Origin: an uncultured virus (IMG/VR IMGVR_UViG_3300034073_004395)
Lineage: Duplodnaviria; Heunggongvirae; Uroviricota; Caudoviricetes
Length of the DNA stretch: 20,000 nucleotides
IMG/VR virus record: IMGVR_UViG_3300034073_004395
Direction: 5' to 3' (one strand)
The notes under the pieces were generated by a model. The model was not told the origin of the DNA and did no database searches. It saw only the letters and a program-made list of their open reading frames with translations. The position numbers and the translations under genes are program-made. Shown here piece after piece: positions 1 to 8,626 of this stretch. Every line of letters begins with the position of its first letter. The stretch's first letter is position 1.

Positions 1-328
1 AATGGCAGGCGCCCATAGGCTCTAGCACGGCATGCCTGTTGGTCCTGTCAAGCAGAATTTGCAGGGCCTGGCGTTTCCGTTTTGTAAGGTCAGGCTCTGG
101 CTCTTCAATGCCAACGCGGGCATAATCCGCCAGCTCAGACAAATCGTCTAACGAATTGGTGGTGATGACGAAATGGCGTCCACGATGCTGAGCTTTGTTC
201 CATGCAGGGTGGATGTTTTCTGCTGCTAGAGCTTTGGCATCTTCCTGAAGCTCAGGAGGAAGCACAATGTGAACTGTGGGCGCCAATGGCGTGCCTTCAA
301 CAATAAAGGAAGGCTGATGCGTGTCCAT
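1..328 (-). CDS. Hypothetical phage protein, runs off the left edge
   Basis: Manual translation from ATG 328 (MDTHQPSFIVEGTPLAPTVHIVLPPELQEDAKALAAENIHPAW...) stays open to position 1. It lies directly after the upstream small ORFs. Confidence 0.6.
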   Translation of the reverse strand, partial: MDTHQPSFIVEGTPLAPTVHIVLPPELQEDAKALAAENIHPAWNKAQHRGRHFVITTNSLDDLSELADYARVGIEEPEPDLTKRKRQALQILLDRTNRHAVLEPMGACH

Positions 329-334
329 GAAGAA

Positions 335-502
335 TCAATGGAAAAGGAATTCACGGCTTTTGAAGATAACAAGCACATTGCCCCACCTGCGATGTGGAGC
401 AAAGGCATAAGAGCCCATGCTGTTTTGCCAACTGATAGAAAGCGGGCCGAACCATGCAGTGCCCCAATCGCTTGTGCAAATTAGTCCAATGAAATCATTC
501 AT
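335..502 (-). CDS. Small hypothetical protein (55 aa)
   Basis: Manual translation MNDFIGLICTSDWGTAWFGPLSISWQ...EFLFH*. Its ATG overlaps the stop of the 499-675 ORF (ATGA coupling). Confidence 0.5.
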   Translation of the reverse strand: MNDFIGLICTSDWGTAWFGPLSISWQNSMGSYAFAPHRRWGNVLVIFKSREFLFH

Positions 503-675
503 CGCAATTGTTCTGGAAGACTCTCTGGAAGAGGCTTGATTTCTTCAATCAAAGCAATCTTAATATCAGGGCGTATTGCAAGCATAAAATGTTCAGCCTG
601 CTTAGCAGAAATAGCCCCCAATGCAATAGTTTTACCTTCGGAAGTAGTTATCTTCCAAGTGCGACAAGGAGTCAT
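499..675 (-). CDS. Small hypothetical protein (58 aa)
   Basis: Manual translation MTPCRTWKITTSEGKTIALGAISAKQAEHF...EQLR*. It has ATGA overlaps with both neighbours. Confidence 0.55.
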   Translation of the reverse strand: MTPCRTWKITTSEGKTIALGAISAKQAEHFMLAIRPDIKIALIEEIKPLPESLPEQLR

Positions 676-1127
676 AAGTCTTCCTCAATGTGCTCAAGAA
701 TGGCTTGAGAGAGTTCTTTCTCCAGCATAATTTTCCAATCTTGATCACCGCCGAGGCTTCCCACTTCGTAAATGAGATGAAGGCTGTCTGAAATGCGCGT
801 GGCATCCATCATGCAAGCCACTGCCTCTGGCATTTGACCAGTGGCAAACAGATCTTCTGCAGCTTCCGTATGGGCTTCAAACCACTTGCCAAGGGCGAAC
901 AGCGCCACTTGCCGGTAGGTCTCATCGCCATAGCTCTCCAGGAGCCTCTCAATGCTCTTATGGAGCTTTGGCGGAATGCCTACAGTGCCATGGTCGGCAA
1001 GATGAGGAGCAATGGAAGCGGAGATCGCATCACGCTTGCTTTGCTTGGCTGCAGCAGCCTCTCGCAGAAAGGCTTCGGCAGTGGAGAAGCTGAAGGGATG
1101 ATCGCTGTGACCTGGAGAGACAGACAA
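672..1127 (-). CDS. Hypothetical phage protein
   Basis: 151-aa ORF with helical, acidic composition, in a tightly packed minus-strand run. The TTG start is uncertain. Confidence 0.65.
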   Translation of the reverse strand: MSVSPGHSDHPFSFSTAEAFLREAAAAKQSKRDAISASIAPHLADHGTVGIPPKLHKSIERLLESYGDETYRQVALFALGKWFEAHTEAAEDLFATGQMPEAVACMMDATRISDSLHLIYEVGSLGGDQDWKIMLEKELSQAILEHIEEDL

Positions 1128-1172
1128 GAGAGGAGCGCAACAATGACAGTGTGCCTACGCTAGCGGCGCTTG

Positions 1173-1922
1173 TCAATAGTCGTCTTTATTAATTGTTTGT
1201 AAAGGAATGGCTTCAGGCCATTCCTCTTTCTCTGGTTCTGCATCGAAGCTCACTTCCGCCGATGCTGGTAAAGAATTCTTCCTGCGTTCTTCAGTGGCAT
1301 TGGCTTCTTTTTCTTTTGCAATCGTGGTGGAAAGGTCTTTAAGGAATTTCCTATAGGAATTGTCTTGTTGTGATTCTTGTTTGATTTCATTAAGACCAAG
1401 CAGCTTGGCTTGTTCGACAAGAGAGTTCTTTGCCACATTGAGAAACGATGCATCGCCAGCACTTTCTTCAATCTTGATCATTTCCTTGCTTCCATCGTCA
1501 CCACCTTCCATCATTGTTATCACGCGCTTCCTTTTGCTCTTCTCAAAGCTATCCAGAGCCAGGTCTTTCAAGTCCATTTGCTCCTTCAAAAGACGTGCTC
1601 GATGCACGTCTTGGTTTTTGAGAATTTCTTCAGTATATAGCTGCCTATTAAAGTGTCTATCTCCGTTAACTGTTTCCTTGCTTAGCTTTAGAACATTTGC
1701 TATTTGACGATTACTCATCTTTGCAGCAAGAAGCTCTTGCACCATCCATCGCCTAAGACCAAGCATTTCTTTGGAATAGCCAGCGGCGCCAGTGCCGCCA
1801 TTAACTTTTGTTTCCCTTACTGCCTCAAACTGCGTCAAGCTTACGCCTGCTTTTTTCAATGCATTAGCAGCATATTCAAGCTCTTCTTCTGGCGATGTAA
1901 ATTCAATCTCAGGCTTAGCCAT
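1173..1922 (-). CDS. HTH protein, putative terminase small subunit
   Basis: HTH segment MSNRQIANVLKLSKETVNGD, a coiled coil, and a GDASFL...EQAKLLGL segment of the kind seen in phage TerS-like proteins. No TerL is adjacent in this window. Confidence 0.55.
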   Translation of the reverse strand: MAKPEIEFTSPEEELEYAANALKKAGVSLTQFEAVRETKVNGGTGAAGYSKEMLGLRRWMVQELLAAKMSNRQIANVLKLSKETVNGDRHFNRQLYTEEILKNQDVHRARLLKEQMDLKDLALDSFEKSKRKRVITMMEGGDDGSKEMIKIEESAGDASFLNVAKNSLVEQAKLLGLNEIKQESQQDNSYRKFLKDLSTTIAKEKEANATEERRKNSLPASAEVSFDAEPEKEEWPEAIPLQTINKDDY

Positions 1923-1938
1923 TACGCAGTTCTATTCT

Positions 1939-2115
1939 CTAACGAATTGTATCTCCTTTTCCATGGAGAGAACGAACAAATAGTTCCGTGAAACGTTCCA
2001 TTTTGGCAGTAGCAATGCTTGCTGGATAGCCATCAATGGCTTCTTTCAAGCTGCATAGTTCCTGCCATTCTTCTTGCGAAAGCTCTTCTTCTGACGATGC
2101 AGGGAAAATAGTCAT
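1939..2115 (-). CDS. Small hypothetical protein
   Basis: ATG at 2115 (MTIFPASSEEELSQEEWQEL...) within the listed 1939-2133 ORF. Confidence 0.55.
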   Translation of the reverse strand: MTIFPASSEEELSQEEWQELCSLKEAIDGYPASIATAKMERFTELFVRSLHGKGDTIR

Positions 2116-2118
2116 AGC

Positions 2119-2141
2119 AAAAGGGGCGCCCAAAGCGCCCC
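2119..2141 (-). terminator. Putative intrinsic terminator
   Basis: GGGGCGC/GCGCCCC stem (2123-2141) followed on the minus strand by TTTT. Confidence 0.5.
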
Positions 2142-2152
2142 GTTCTAGAAGA

Positions 2153-2389
2153 TCAATGATACTGCCAAAAGACTTGATCCATCAAGGCATCTAGCTCAAC
2201 CAAGCGCTTAGGGCAATACTTCCTTACAAACTCCTCCATCTCTCCATGGAAGGAACTGATGATTTCTGCATAGGCAGCGTCAAGCCCTGCAGGAATTAGC
2301 TCTTCGTCTGTTTCACGTCGATAAGCAACTGCCATGCAAGACTTAGGGCTCTCGCAGTATTCGTTTTTCATGGCCCTTTCATTCTGCAT
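2153..2389 (-). CDS. Hypothetical protein
   Basis: Likely ATG at 2389 (MQNERAMKNEY...), overlapping the end of the upstream ORF. Confidence 0.55.
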   Translation of the reverse strand: MQNERAMKNEYCESPKSCMAVAYRRETDEELIPAGLDAAYAEIISSFHGEMEEFVRKYCPKRLVELDALMDQVFWQYH

Positions 2390-2618
2390 CGCTCTGCTCC
2401 TGAGCGGCAAAGCCACTATCAATTAGCTTTTCAATTTCATGCAGGCTAGAGCGCCAATGGCGCTCTCCATTATTATCCCGTGCTCCGTAAAGCGTACGGG
2501 CCGCTGGTTGCGGCCCTTTCCTAGGAGAAGAAAAGCCATAGTGAACAATAGGCAAAATTTCAGTGCCGTTATGTTCAAGCAGAGGCAAGTGGTCAACTGC
2601 TCGTGGAGCGTTAAGCAT
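2379..2618 (-). CDS. Hypothetical protein (79 aa)
   Basis: ATG-started ORF collinear with the leftward gene run. Confidence 0.6.
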   Translation of the reverse strand: MLNAPRAVDHLPLLEHNGTEILPIVHYGFSSPRKGPQPAARTLYGARDNNGERHWRSSLHEIEKLIDSGFAAQEQSDAE

Positions 2619-2687
2619 TGTTCAGGAAAATTCCTTCGCAATACTAAAGAGAATTCTGTTCAATGAAGGCTTCATTGCCTTGTGTCT

Positions 2688-2826
2688 TGAACGTTTCGCC
2701 CTTGGGGGCTCCACTTTGGCTTGAGCGGCATTGCGGAGGTTTTTGGTCTTGTACAGGCTCTTGTTCTTTTAGGGAATCTTGGCCTACTGGACTGAACGCT
2801 CCGCCCGTGGGGGCTCCGCTCTGGCT
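2688..2826. repeat. Imperfect 34-bp direct repeat (2688-2721, 2793-2826)
   Basis: TGAACGTTTCGCCCTTGGGGGCTCCACTTTGGCT vs TGAACGCTCCGCCCGTGGGGGCTCCGCTCTGGCT: 29/34 identical, starts 105 nt apart. Confidence 0.8.
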
Positions 2827-3014
2827 GGTGGCCATGCCTGAGCGTAGTGAGGCAACGGTGAAGCTCTTGCTGGTGAGGCAAGGCTTGTCTGGCTTTAGGG
2901 TAAAGGGATTTTGGCAAAAGTCAATACGGGGCTGGGCAGCTTTTCTTACTGGCACAACGCTTTCCCCGAGATGCCGCGTTCGGCTTCAGTATGACCTTGT
3001 TCTCCATCCTCTCT

Positions 3015-3239
3015 ATGGGACACCCGCTCTTCTCCGATCCATCGCAGGACTTAGGAGCAGCCAATCCGGTATTCACTGACGAATGGCTCGCAGCCAACGG
3101 CCATGATCGCCAATGGCTACAGGAATGGTTCATGAAGCATGAAACTGATTCTTTCGCAATGCAGGAATGGGTAGTGCACCACAAGTACAACAAACACAGC
3201 GATCCGCGCCTGCTACGCACACCTCGCCAAGCCTTTTGA
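3015..3239 (+). CDS. Hypothetical protein
   Basis: ATG at 3015 (or 2991), MGHPLFSDPSQDLG...; followed 5 nt later by the next ORF. Confidence 0.5.
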   Translation: MGHPLFSDPSQDLGAANPVFTDEWLAANGHDRQWLQEWFMKHETDSFAMQEWVVHHKYNKHSDPRLLRTPRQAF

Positions 3240-3244
3240 CAATC

Positions 3245-3403
3245 ATGGACACTTCCAATTTCAAAGTAATTAAGCTGCCTGCCAACGGACCCAAACCTGG
3301 GCAAAGCATGGACGCCTGGCTCTACGGCAAAGACAAGGACACTGAGCGCACACGCAAAATTCTTGAGCAGCGCGAGTTCAACGGGAAACGCGCTCCCAAG
3401 TAA
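3245..3403 (+). CDS. Small basic hypothetical protein (52 aa)
   Basis: MDTSNFKVIKLPANGPKPGQSMDAWLYGK..., ending just before a terminator. Confidence 0.55.
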   Translation: MDTSNFKVIKLPANGPKPGQSMDAWLYGKDKDTERTRKILEQREFNGKRAPK

Positions 3404-3406
3404 AGC

Positions 3407-3438
3407 AAAAGAAAGGCGGCTCAAGGGCCGCCTTTTTC
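3407..3438. terminator. Bidirectional intrinsic terminator
   Basis: AAAGGCGGC-TCAAGG-GCCGCCTTT with flanking A- and T-tracts, between convergent ORFs. Confidence 0.75.
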
Positions 3439-3574
3439 ATTCTTCATCGTCATCTTCAAAATCTGGTTGAGCCTTGAACCAATCTTCTGCAAGTTCAACA
3501 AGCTTCTTTTGTGCTTCAGGCGAAAGCGGCGCCACAAGCGCCGCGCTCTCACTGTTGTCCCAAATAATTTTCAC
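3437..3574 (-). CDS. Small acidic-tailed protein (45 aa from GTG; possibly frameshifted from ATG 3599)
   Basis: VKIIWDNSESAALVAPLSPEAQKKLVELAEDWFKAQPDFEDDDEE*, ending at the terminator. Confidence 0.45.
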   Translation of the reverse strand: MKIIWDNSESAALVAPLSPEAQKKLVELAEDWFKAQPDFEDDDEE

Positions 3575-3706
3575 TTTTTCATCGCGATGGAATTTTCATG
3601 GTAATTGAAAACTATCGCCTGCTGAAAAAGCTAGACTATTCAAGCTGCTCGCGACGGTAAGCAGCGGGGAGGCTAGCAATAGAGCCTCCCTCCTATTGCG
3701 AGAGAG

Positions 3707-5743
3707 CTAGAACCAATCCTCCTGGTCTTCCTTTTCGGGAAGATTTTCATTGAGAACCATGGAAACAGGCGGAGCAGTTTGCAGTTCTTCCTGGTCGGGA
3801 GCAATATTTTGCTCTTCATTGGGAGAACTGAAATTCAGATCGGGGCCTTGGTAGTCCCATGAGTGGTACATGCGGGTGCGTTCGTCATGCGGGCCAACAA
3901 TGAAACTGCTAGTAATAAGCCCTTGACGACGGGCCATCTCTAGCAGCTTGCCAGTGGTGACATTCTCATTCATGCCAGTTCCCAGTGACACCTGCTGTTT
4001 GCTGAAACGCTCGTGCGGACGCATGTTCACATAGTTGGCCACACGATCCAGCTCAGCAATGGAATTACCAAGCGGACCGGCATAGTCCCATCCATAATTC
4101 ACGGCATTGCGCTTTAAGACGTGTTTACCAGCTAAGCCACTCCTGCTCTTCACCCATTCCAAGATAAACTGATTTTGATCGTAGTTGCCCTCTTGGCGAT
4201 AGAGCTTCACCACTTCACTCACATTGTCAACAAAGCTAGAACTGTCACGAAGTCCACCTTGCCGGTTTAAGTGGTGGAGAATGACGATGGAGCATTTGTA
4301 GACATTAGCCATGTCCCGCAATGCATAGAGAGAATCACCCGCATTACTTTTAATGAGATCAACGTTCATGCCAGCGAAACAAGCCGTGAGCGAGTCGATC
4401 ACGACAAACACTGGACGATGCTTCTTGATGAAGCGCTCAAGCTGTTGCATATGAGCAAAGCGCCAGGTTTCCCAGAAGGAAATCATGCCAGGCTGAATGT
4501 TGGCTTCTTGATAGCCGATGATGGAAAGCTTTTCTTTGGTGTCTGACAATGGTTCGTCAGCAGAGATGAGGAGGCATTTGCCAGGCAGACAACGCCTGCC
4601 GCTCCACGATGAGCCAGTGGCCACGCCCAAGGCCCAGTTGTAAACCAAACTTGTCTTTCCTGTTCCCCCCTGCGCAGCAAGGAGAGTGACGCTACCAAGC
4701 GGAACGATGCCAGCAATCAACCACTCACGAACGGAATCATCATCAATAAGCTGCAGCACGTCAATGGTTTCTATTTCTTCTTTGCCAAATAAGCGAGAAC
4801 GAGCCTCGTCAATCATCTTGTCAATATTTGCTTGCGGCATCTTCACGCCATGAGCTTCTAGCCATTTAGAAGCTTCAAACGCCACGCGAGCATCATTATC
4901 GAATAGTCCGACCATGCGCTCGAAGGTGCCAATGATTTCCTCATAGGAAGGAAGACCGTCTTTGCCTTCGTGGCGATCTTTTGAAACAATGGAGGAAAGG
5001 ATTAGCTCTTGGTCTGCACCATCGTCAAGCCAATCAGCTAGGTCATAGCCGCCGTTCTGAGGAAGACTGTCCCATTCAAAATTGCCAGGATCGGCGTAAA
5101 GCCATTGCGCTCCGGGATTGTCTGAAGCCACTTCTCGCATGAGAGCAATGCCAGGCTCATCACGATCAGGACATAGAACAATCTTTTTGCCGCGAAACAG
5201 CAAGGAATAGTCGCCATTTGCGCGATACTGGCCACTTCCGCCAAGAAAAGTGACCGAGGGAATCCCGGTCTCCCATAGCCTGTCACAAGTGAGTTCCCCT
5301 TCAACAATAAAGATGGGAAGTCCCGTCACTTGTGAAGCAGTGAGGGCTTCATCAAAGCGATAGGGAAGAATGGTGCTCCTTATTTCATCAATATACGCCT
5401 TGCGTTGATGCGCACCTTGTGGCACTGACGGATAGCTTTGCTTGATTGTTTTCTTGCCACTTGCGTCATCGCGATGCACGTTAATAGTAGTTTCACCTTG
5501 CCTATTTTTGTAGGGGAAAGTGTAAGACTGTGGTTCACGAAGAGGGCGCTCCCAGCGATCAAGTGGAGCAAGGATGTTGCGAATTTCGGCGCGGTGCTTT
5601 GCTGAATCATCATTGAAACAGTTGTAGGCACCATTGTTGGTGTTGATGGAGAGGTCGTTGCCTCCGCATGCCGGACAGATGTATTTCCCTGGATGATCGC
5701 TTGTCTCAAGCTTCTCAATGTGGTCCAGGATGGAGAATGCCAT
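3707..5743 (-). CDS. DNA primase-helicase (Zn finger + TOPRIM + SF4/AAA_25-type helicase)
   Basis: CPAC...CFN zinc site, TOPRIM motifs IFIVEGE and PDRDEPG, Walker A AQGGTGKT, Walker B VVIDS, and ILHH. Likely start is ATG 5743. Confidence 0.9.
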   Translation of the reverse strand: MAFSILDHIEKLETSDHPGKYICPACGGNDLSINTNNGAYNCFNDDSAKHRAEIRNILAPLDRWERPLREPQSYTFPYKNRQGETTINVHRDDASGKKTIKQSYPSVPQGAHQRKAYIDEIRSTILPYRFDEALTASQVTGLPIFIVEGELTCDRLWETGIPSVTFLGGSGQYRANGDYSLLFRGKKIVLCPDRDEPGIALMREVASDNPGAQWLYADPGNFEWDSLPQNGGYDLADWLDDGADQELILSSIVSKDRHEGKDGLPSYEEIIGTFERMVGLFDNDARVAFEASKWLEAHGVKMPQANIDKMIDEARSRLFGKEEIETIDVLQLIDDDSVREWLIAGIVPLGSVTLLAAQGGTGKTSLVYNWALGVATGSSWSGRRCLPGKCLLISADEPLSDTKEKLSIIGYQEANIQPGMISFWETWRFAHMQQLERFIKKHRPVFVVIDSLTACFAGMNVDLIKSNAGDSLYALRDMANVYKCSIVILHHLNRQGGLRDSSSFVDNVSEVVKLYRQEGNYDQNQFILEWVKSRSGLAGKHVLKRNAVNYGWDYAGPLGNSIAELDRVANYVNMRPHERFSKQQVSLGTGMNENVTTGKLLEMARRQGLITSSFIVGPHDERTRMYHSWDYQGPDLNFSSPNEEQNIAPDQEELQTAPPVSMVLNENLPEKEDQEDWF

Positions 5744-5911
5744 GGAGGGGAGTGGGAATGCCTCCGTTGTAGCAAGGAATTCAAGGGGCAACAGCCCCAT
5801 AAATTAAAGTGATGCGAGATACGGCAATCGATAACTCATTGCAATACGTGCTCTGGTTGGCAGCTTTGAAAACTATGGCTAGTCTGGCCATGTTCCCGAT
5901 GCCTCTCACCC

Positions 5912-5986
5912 ATGGAACTTTGGCTGGCCGCCATTATCGGCTTTTCAGTCGGCTATCTGCTTGGCCCCTTGTTTTATGACAAATAG
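5912..5986 (+). CDS. Putative 24-aa membrane peptide
   Basis: MELWLAAIIGFSVGYLLGPLFYDK*. It lies after a TAGTCT -10-like box (5880-5885) and overlaps the next start. Confidence 0.45.
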   Translation: MELWLAAIIGFSVGYLLGPLFYDK

Positions 5987-6218
5987 CAACAAAGAACTGA
6001 AAAAGGGCCGCCATTTCAGCTTAACTGATACTGCCTACGCCCATCTCGGCAACATCGCCCATGAAGCTCGATTGAGCCTCAGCGAAACCCTAGAGCGGCT
6101 TGTACGCTCCACGCCCATCTGGGAAGGCAGTGCCACCTTGGCAAATGGCGCCTTCGATCTCATCGAAGACTATTCCACGTCCCTTGAAACTGATTTCAAT
6201 GAAAGTTTCCCAGCTTAA
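5976..6218 (+). CDS. Ribbon-helix-helix (CopG/Arc-like) DNA-binding protein
   Basis: Beta-alpha-alpha pattern KKGRHFSLTDTAYAHLGNIAHEARLSLSETLERLVR. Confidence 0.6.
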   Translation: MTNSNKELKKGRHFSLTDTAYAHLGNIAHEARLSLSETLERLVRSTPIWEGSATLANGAFDLIEDYSTSLETDFNESFPA

Positions 6219-6462
6219 ACTTGCCTGCGAAGAATTTCTTCTTGACCATGGCGATCAAGACGTAAAGCTTCTATGGGAGCAAGGCGTTATAGATGAAGGA
6301 TTCGACTCAAAATACTACGAGCTTCCTACTGACATTCGCGCGGTTGCCGATTGGCCACTGCCTGGCAAGAGCATTATCACCAAGAACGAAGGTTCTGAGA
6401 TGAGCGTTGATTTCGTCATTATGTATGGCGAATACATGAGCTTGCCGCAGTCGAAGCAGTGA
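6199..6462 (+). CDS. Hypothetical protein
   Basis: ATG 6199, MKVSQLKLACEEFLLDHGDQDV...; overlaps both neighbours. Confidence 0.6.
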   Translation: MKVSQLKLACEEFLLDHGDQDVKLLWEQGVIDEGFDSKYYELPTDIRAVADWPLPGKSIITKNEGSEMSVDFVIMYGEYMSLPQSKQ

Positions 6463-7421
6463 ACCATTCCTTTATGCTCTACTCCCCGTCTGATTTTTCC
6501 TCCATGGACCCCGCCCAACAAGCCGCAATGGATCGTTATAACGGCATTTTCTCTCCGCTGGAGATTAGTGCTGAAGCCTTTAAAGCTGCCTACGACACGC
6601 CCGACATTGGCCCTCATATTGAGAAGGACTACAAGGGCTTGTCCTATTTGTCTTGGCCTTTTGCCTATCGCTATCTGAAGGAGCATTTCCCCACCTATTT
6701 TGTGGCCTTTGAAGAAAAGGCCATTGGGGAAGTGGTGTTTGGCACGCCAGGTGCTTACTATCTTCGCCCCTACCTCACTGATGGTTGCCGCCGTACTGTT
6801 GCATTGATCTTCCCGATCATGGACAGGAAGCACAATTCCATCAAAGAGCTTGATGGTCGTGCCATTTCTGACAACTGCCAGCGTGCTGCAGTAAAAGCTA
6901 TTGCCACTTTTACTGGCCTTGGTCTGCGTCTCTATGCAGGAGAGGACATTCCTAAAGAAGATGAAAAAGGACCGGCCAAACTCCCGCTCCAACAGGAAGC
7001 TCCGAAGCAAGCTACGCGGACAAGCAAGGCGCCAACGGGAGCTAAAGCTCCTTCTGAGCCTGCTGGAGAAGGAGGGAATACTCCCGCCGCCGTGGCAGGG
7101 ACCAGTGGAGAAGTGTTTGATGCTAAAACTGCCCTGACCACTATTTGCAAGGCCAATCCGTTTGGTTATGCCGATGAAAAGGCAAGTATGGCTCTTGGCA
7201 AGGCTGCCCTAGAAGCCATTGGCTTGTCCCGTGCCACTGAAGTGAAGACGTGGCAGCAGTTCGGCAATGTGGCAGCAGCCATGATGACCGTATGGGCAAA
7301 GGAAGAACAAATGGTCATCACCAAAACGGAGATGACCAAAGAAATTGATCTTGTTCGTGCCTGTGACACTACAGAAGCAATGGTTGAAGCAATGAAAGCT
7401 TTCGTTGCAAAAAAGCCATAG
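6459..7421 (+). CDS. Single-strand annealing protein, DUF1071/Sak3-like
   Basis: Motifs HIEKDYKGLSYLSWPFAY and QRAAVKAIATFTGLGLRLYAGED match DUF1071-type proteins. A low-complexity linker and a C-terminal domain follow. Confidence 0.8.
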   Translation: MNHSFMLYSPSDFSSMDPAQQAAMDRYNGIFSPLEISAEAFKAAYDTPDIGPHIEKDYKGLSYLSWPFAYRYLKEHFPTYFVAFEEKAIGEVVFGTPGAYYLRPYLTDGCRRTVALIFPIMDRKHNSIKELDGRAISDNCQRAAVKAIATFTGLGLRLYAGEDIPKEDEKGPAKLPLQQEAPKQATRTSKAPTGAKAPSEPAGEGGNTPAAVAGTSGEVFDAKTALTTICKANPFGYADEKASMALGKAALEAIGLSRATEVKTWQQFGNVAAAMMTVWAKEEQMVITKTEMTKEIDLVRACDTTEAMVEAMKAFVAKKP

Positions 7422-7481
7422 ATCTAGCAGCGGCCCGCTTTGCGCGGGCCTTTGCTGGAACCATTTGCATCAATGAAGACC

Positions 7482-7613
7482 ATGCTCCAATTGACAGCGT
7501 TCCTCCCAGCCTCTTTAGCTGACGATCCTCTTGGCTTGTTTCTGTTAGTTGCTTTTGCCTCTACAGCTCTAGCCTTGCTCATTCTGTTCCTTGCAAGTTT
7601 AGTTCTACCGTGA
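7482..7613 (+). CDS. Small membrane protein (43 aa)
   Basis: MLQLTAFLPASLADDPLGLFLLVAFASTALALLILFLASLVLP*; GTGA overlap with the next gene. Confidence 0.5.
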   Translation: MLQLTAFLPASLADDPLGLFLLVAFASTALALLILFLASLVLP

Positions 7614-7861
7614 ACGACCCTTCTCTTTCTCCATGGAAACATTCATGGAAGCATTCAATTACCAATCGCTATGGCGACCCAAGTTTTGACATTGAAGTGG
7701 TGAGCTACAAGGCAACTATATACGAAGTTGTCGAGGACTTTGCCTGCTATTTGATGGGCTGTGGCTATTCCCGTTCTCTCATTGTTGATGCCTTCAATGT
7801 ACAAGCAGAAGAATTTGCAGACTTGTTGAAAGATGCTGACAAACAGACGGACGCTGATTGA
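7610..7861 (+). CDS. Hypothetical protein
   Basis: 83-aa ORF within the operon-like run. Confidence 0.6.
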   Translation: MNDPSLSPWKHSWKHSITNRYGDPSFDIEVVSYKATIYEVVEDFACYLMGCGYSRSLIVDAFNVQAEEFADLLKDADKQTDAD

Positions 7862-8156
7862 TGCTTGCCATGAAGCATTCTGGAGCTTTCCTGAAGATAC
7901 GCTTAGCAGCGATAAACGCATTGCTGCAATGCTGCTTGCTATTGCTGAATGCCCTGCCGCTGATCGAACTTTTCTTTTTCAAACTGCACGGACTATTCTC
8001 ATGCCCGATATTGCAATGTGCAAGGGCAACAAATGCCCTGTCAAGGAAGATTGCTGGCGTTACATGGCGCCCTCTGATCGCTTCCAAAGTTATTTTGCGA
8101 CGCCGCCTTACACGGAAGAGGGCTGCGACTATTTCTGGGACATGAATGAAAAATGA
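7833..8156 (+). CDS. Hypothetical protein with Cys-rich C-terminal domain
   Basis: MPDIAMCKGNKCPVKEDCWRY...CDYFW, a possible metal-binding module. Confidence 0.6.
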   Translation: MLTNRRTLIDACHEAFWSFPEDTLSSDKRIAAMLLAIAECPAADRTFLFQTARTILMPDIAMCKGNKCPVKEDCWRYMAPSDRFQSYFATPPYTEEGCDYFWDMNEK

Positions 8157-8626
8157 AACCCTTTATCATTGCCTCATTTGGTGGTGGTCCCCAATTCAAC
8201 AAAAAATGGTTGGTGCCGCATGAATCGTTTAATCGTTTCAAGAGTCGCTACGAACTTGGTGATGTAGAGGGGTTTGGAGCTTCTTCCAAAGAATGGGACT
8301 TTCCATTTTTTGTTAACGCTTTAGCGTCTACTGGCTTTAGTCCCCAAAAGCGCCTCCATTACTCATCTTTTGACTTTACTTTTGTCAATCAATCAGTAAG
8401 TTGGCACAAGGATGATGGTTGTGGAATTTTAGTCGCGACATTAGTTGCACAATCTGAAAGCAAAGACCGCTGCGTGGGATCACGTCATGCGCTAATCACA
8501 AAACACGGAGAACTGCCTTTACAGCTAGGAGATATGTTTGTATTTAATGCATCATTACATCATGCTTGGATTTCTTACGAAGCATGCGTATTAGCTTGTA
8601 TAACAGTCAAGCGTAAGCGCAAATAA
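8153..8626 (+). CDS. Putative 2OG-Fe(II) oxygenase / cupin-fold protein
   Basis: HxD (WHKD), GDMFVFNA and a distal His (HHAW) in a beta-rich C-terminal half. Confidence 0.5.
   Translation: MKPFIIASFGGGPQFNKKWLVPHESFNRFKSRYELGDVEGFGASSKEWDFPFFVNALASTGFSPQKRLHYSSFDFTFVNQSVSWHKDDGCGILVATLVAQSESKDRCVGSRHALITKHGELPLQLGDMFVFNASLHHAWISYEACVLACITVKRKRK

Noticed and set aside
1..675. Terminase large subunit downstream of the TerS-like gene
   Set aside because: The region translates as three short ORFs with no Walker motifs.
6315..7010. 231-aa minus-strand ORF, and similar long antisense ORFs such as 13183-13773
   Set aside because: They are shadows of well-supported plus-strand genes (SSAP, thyX) and have no recognisable motifs.
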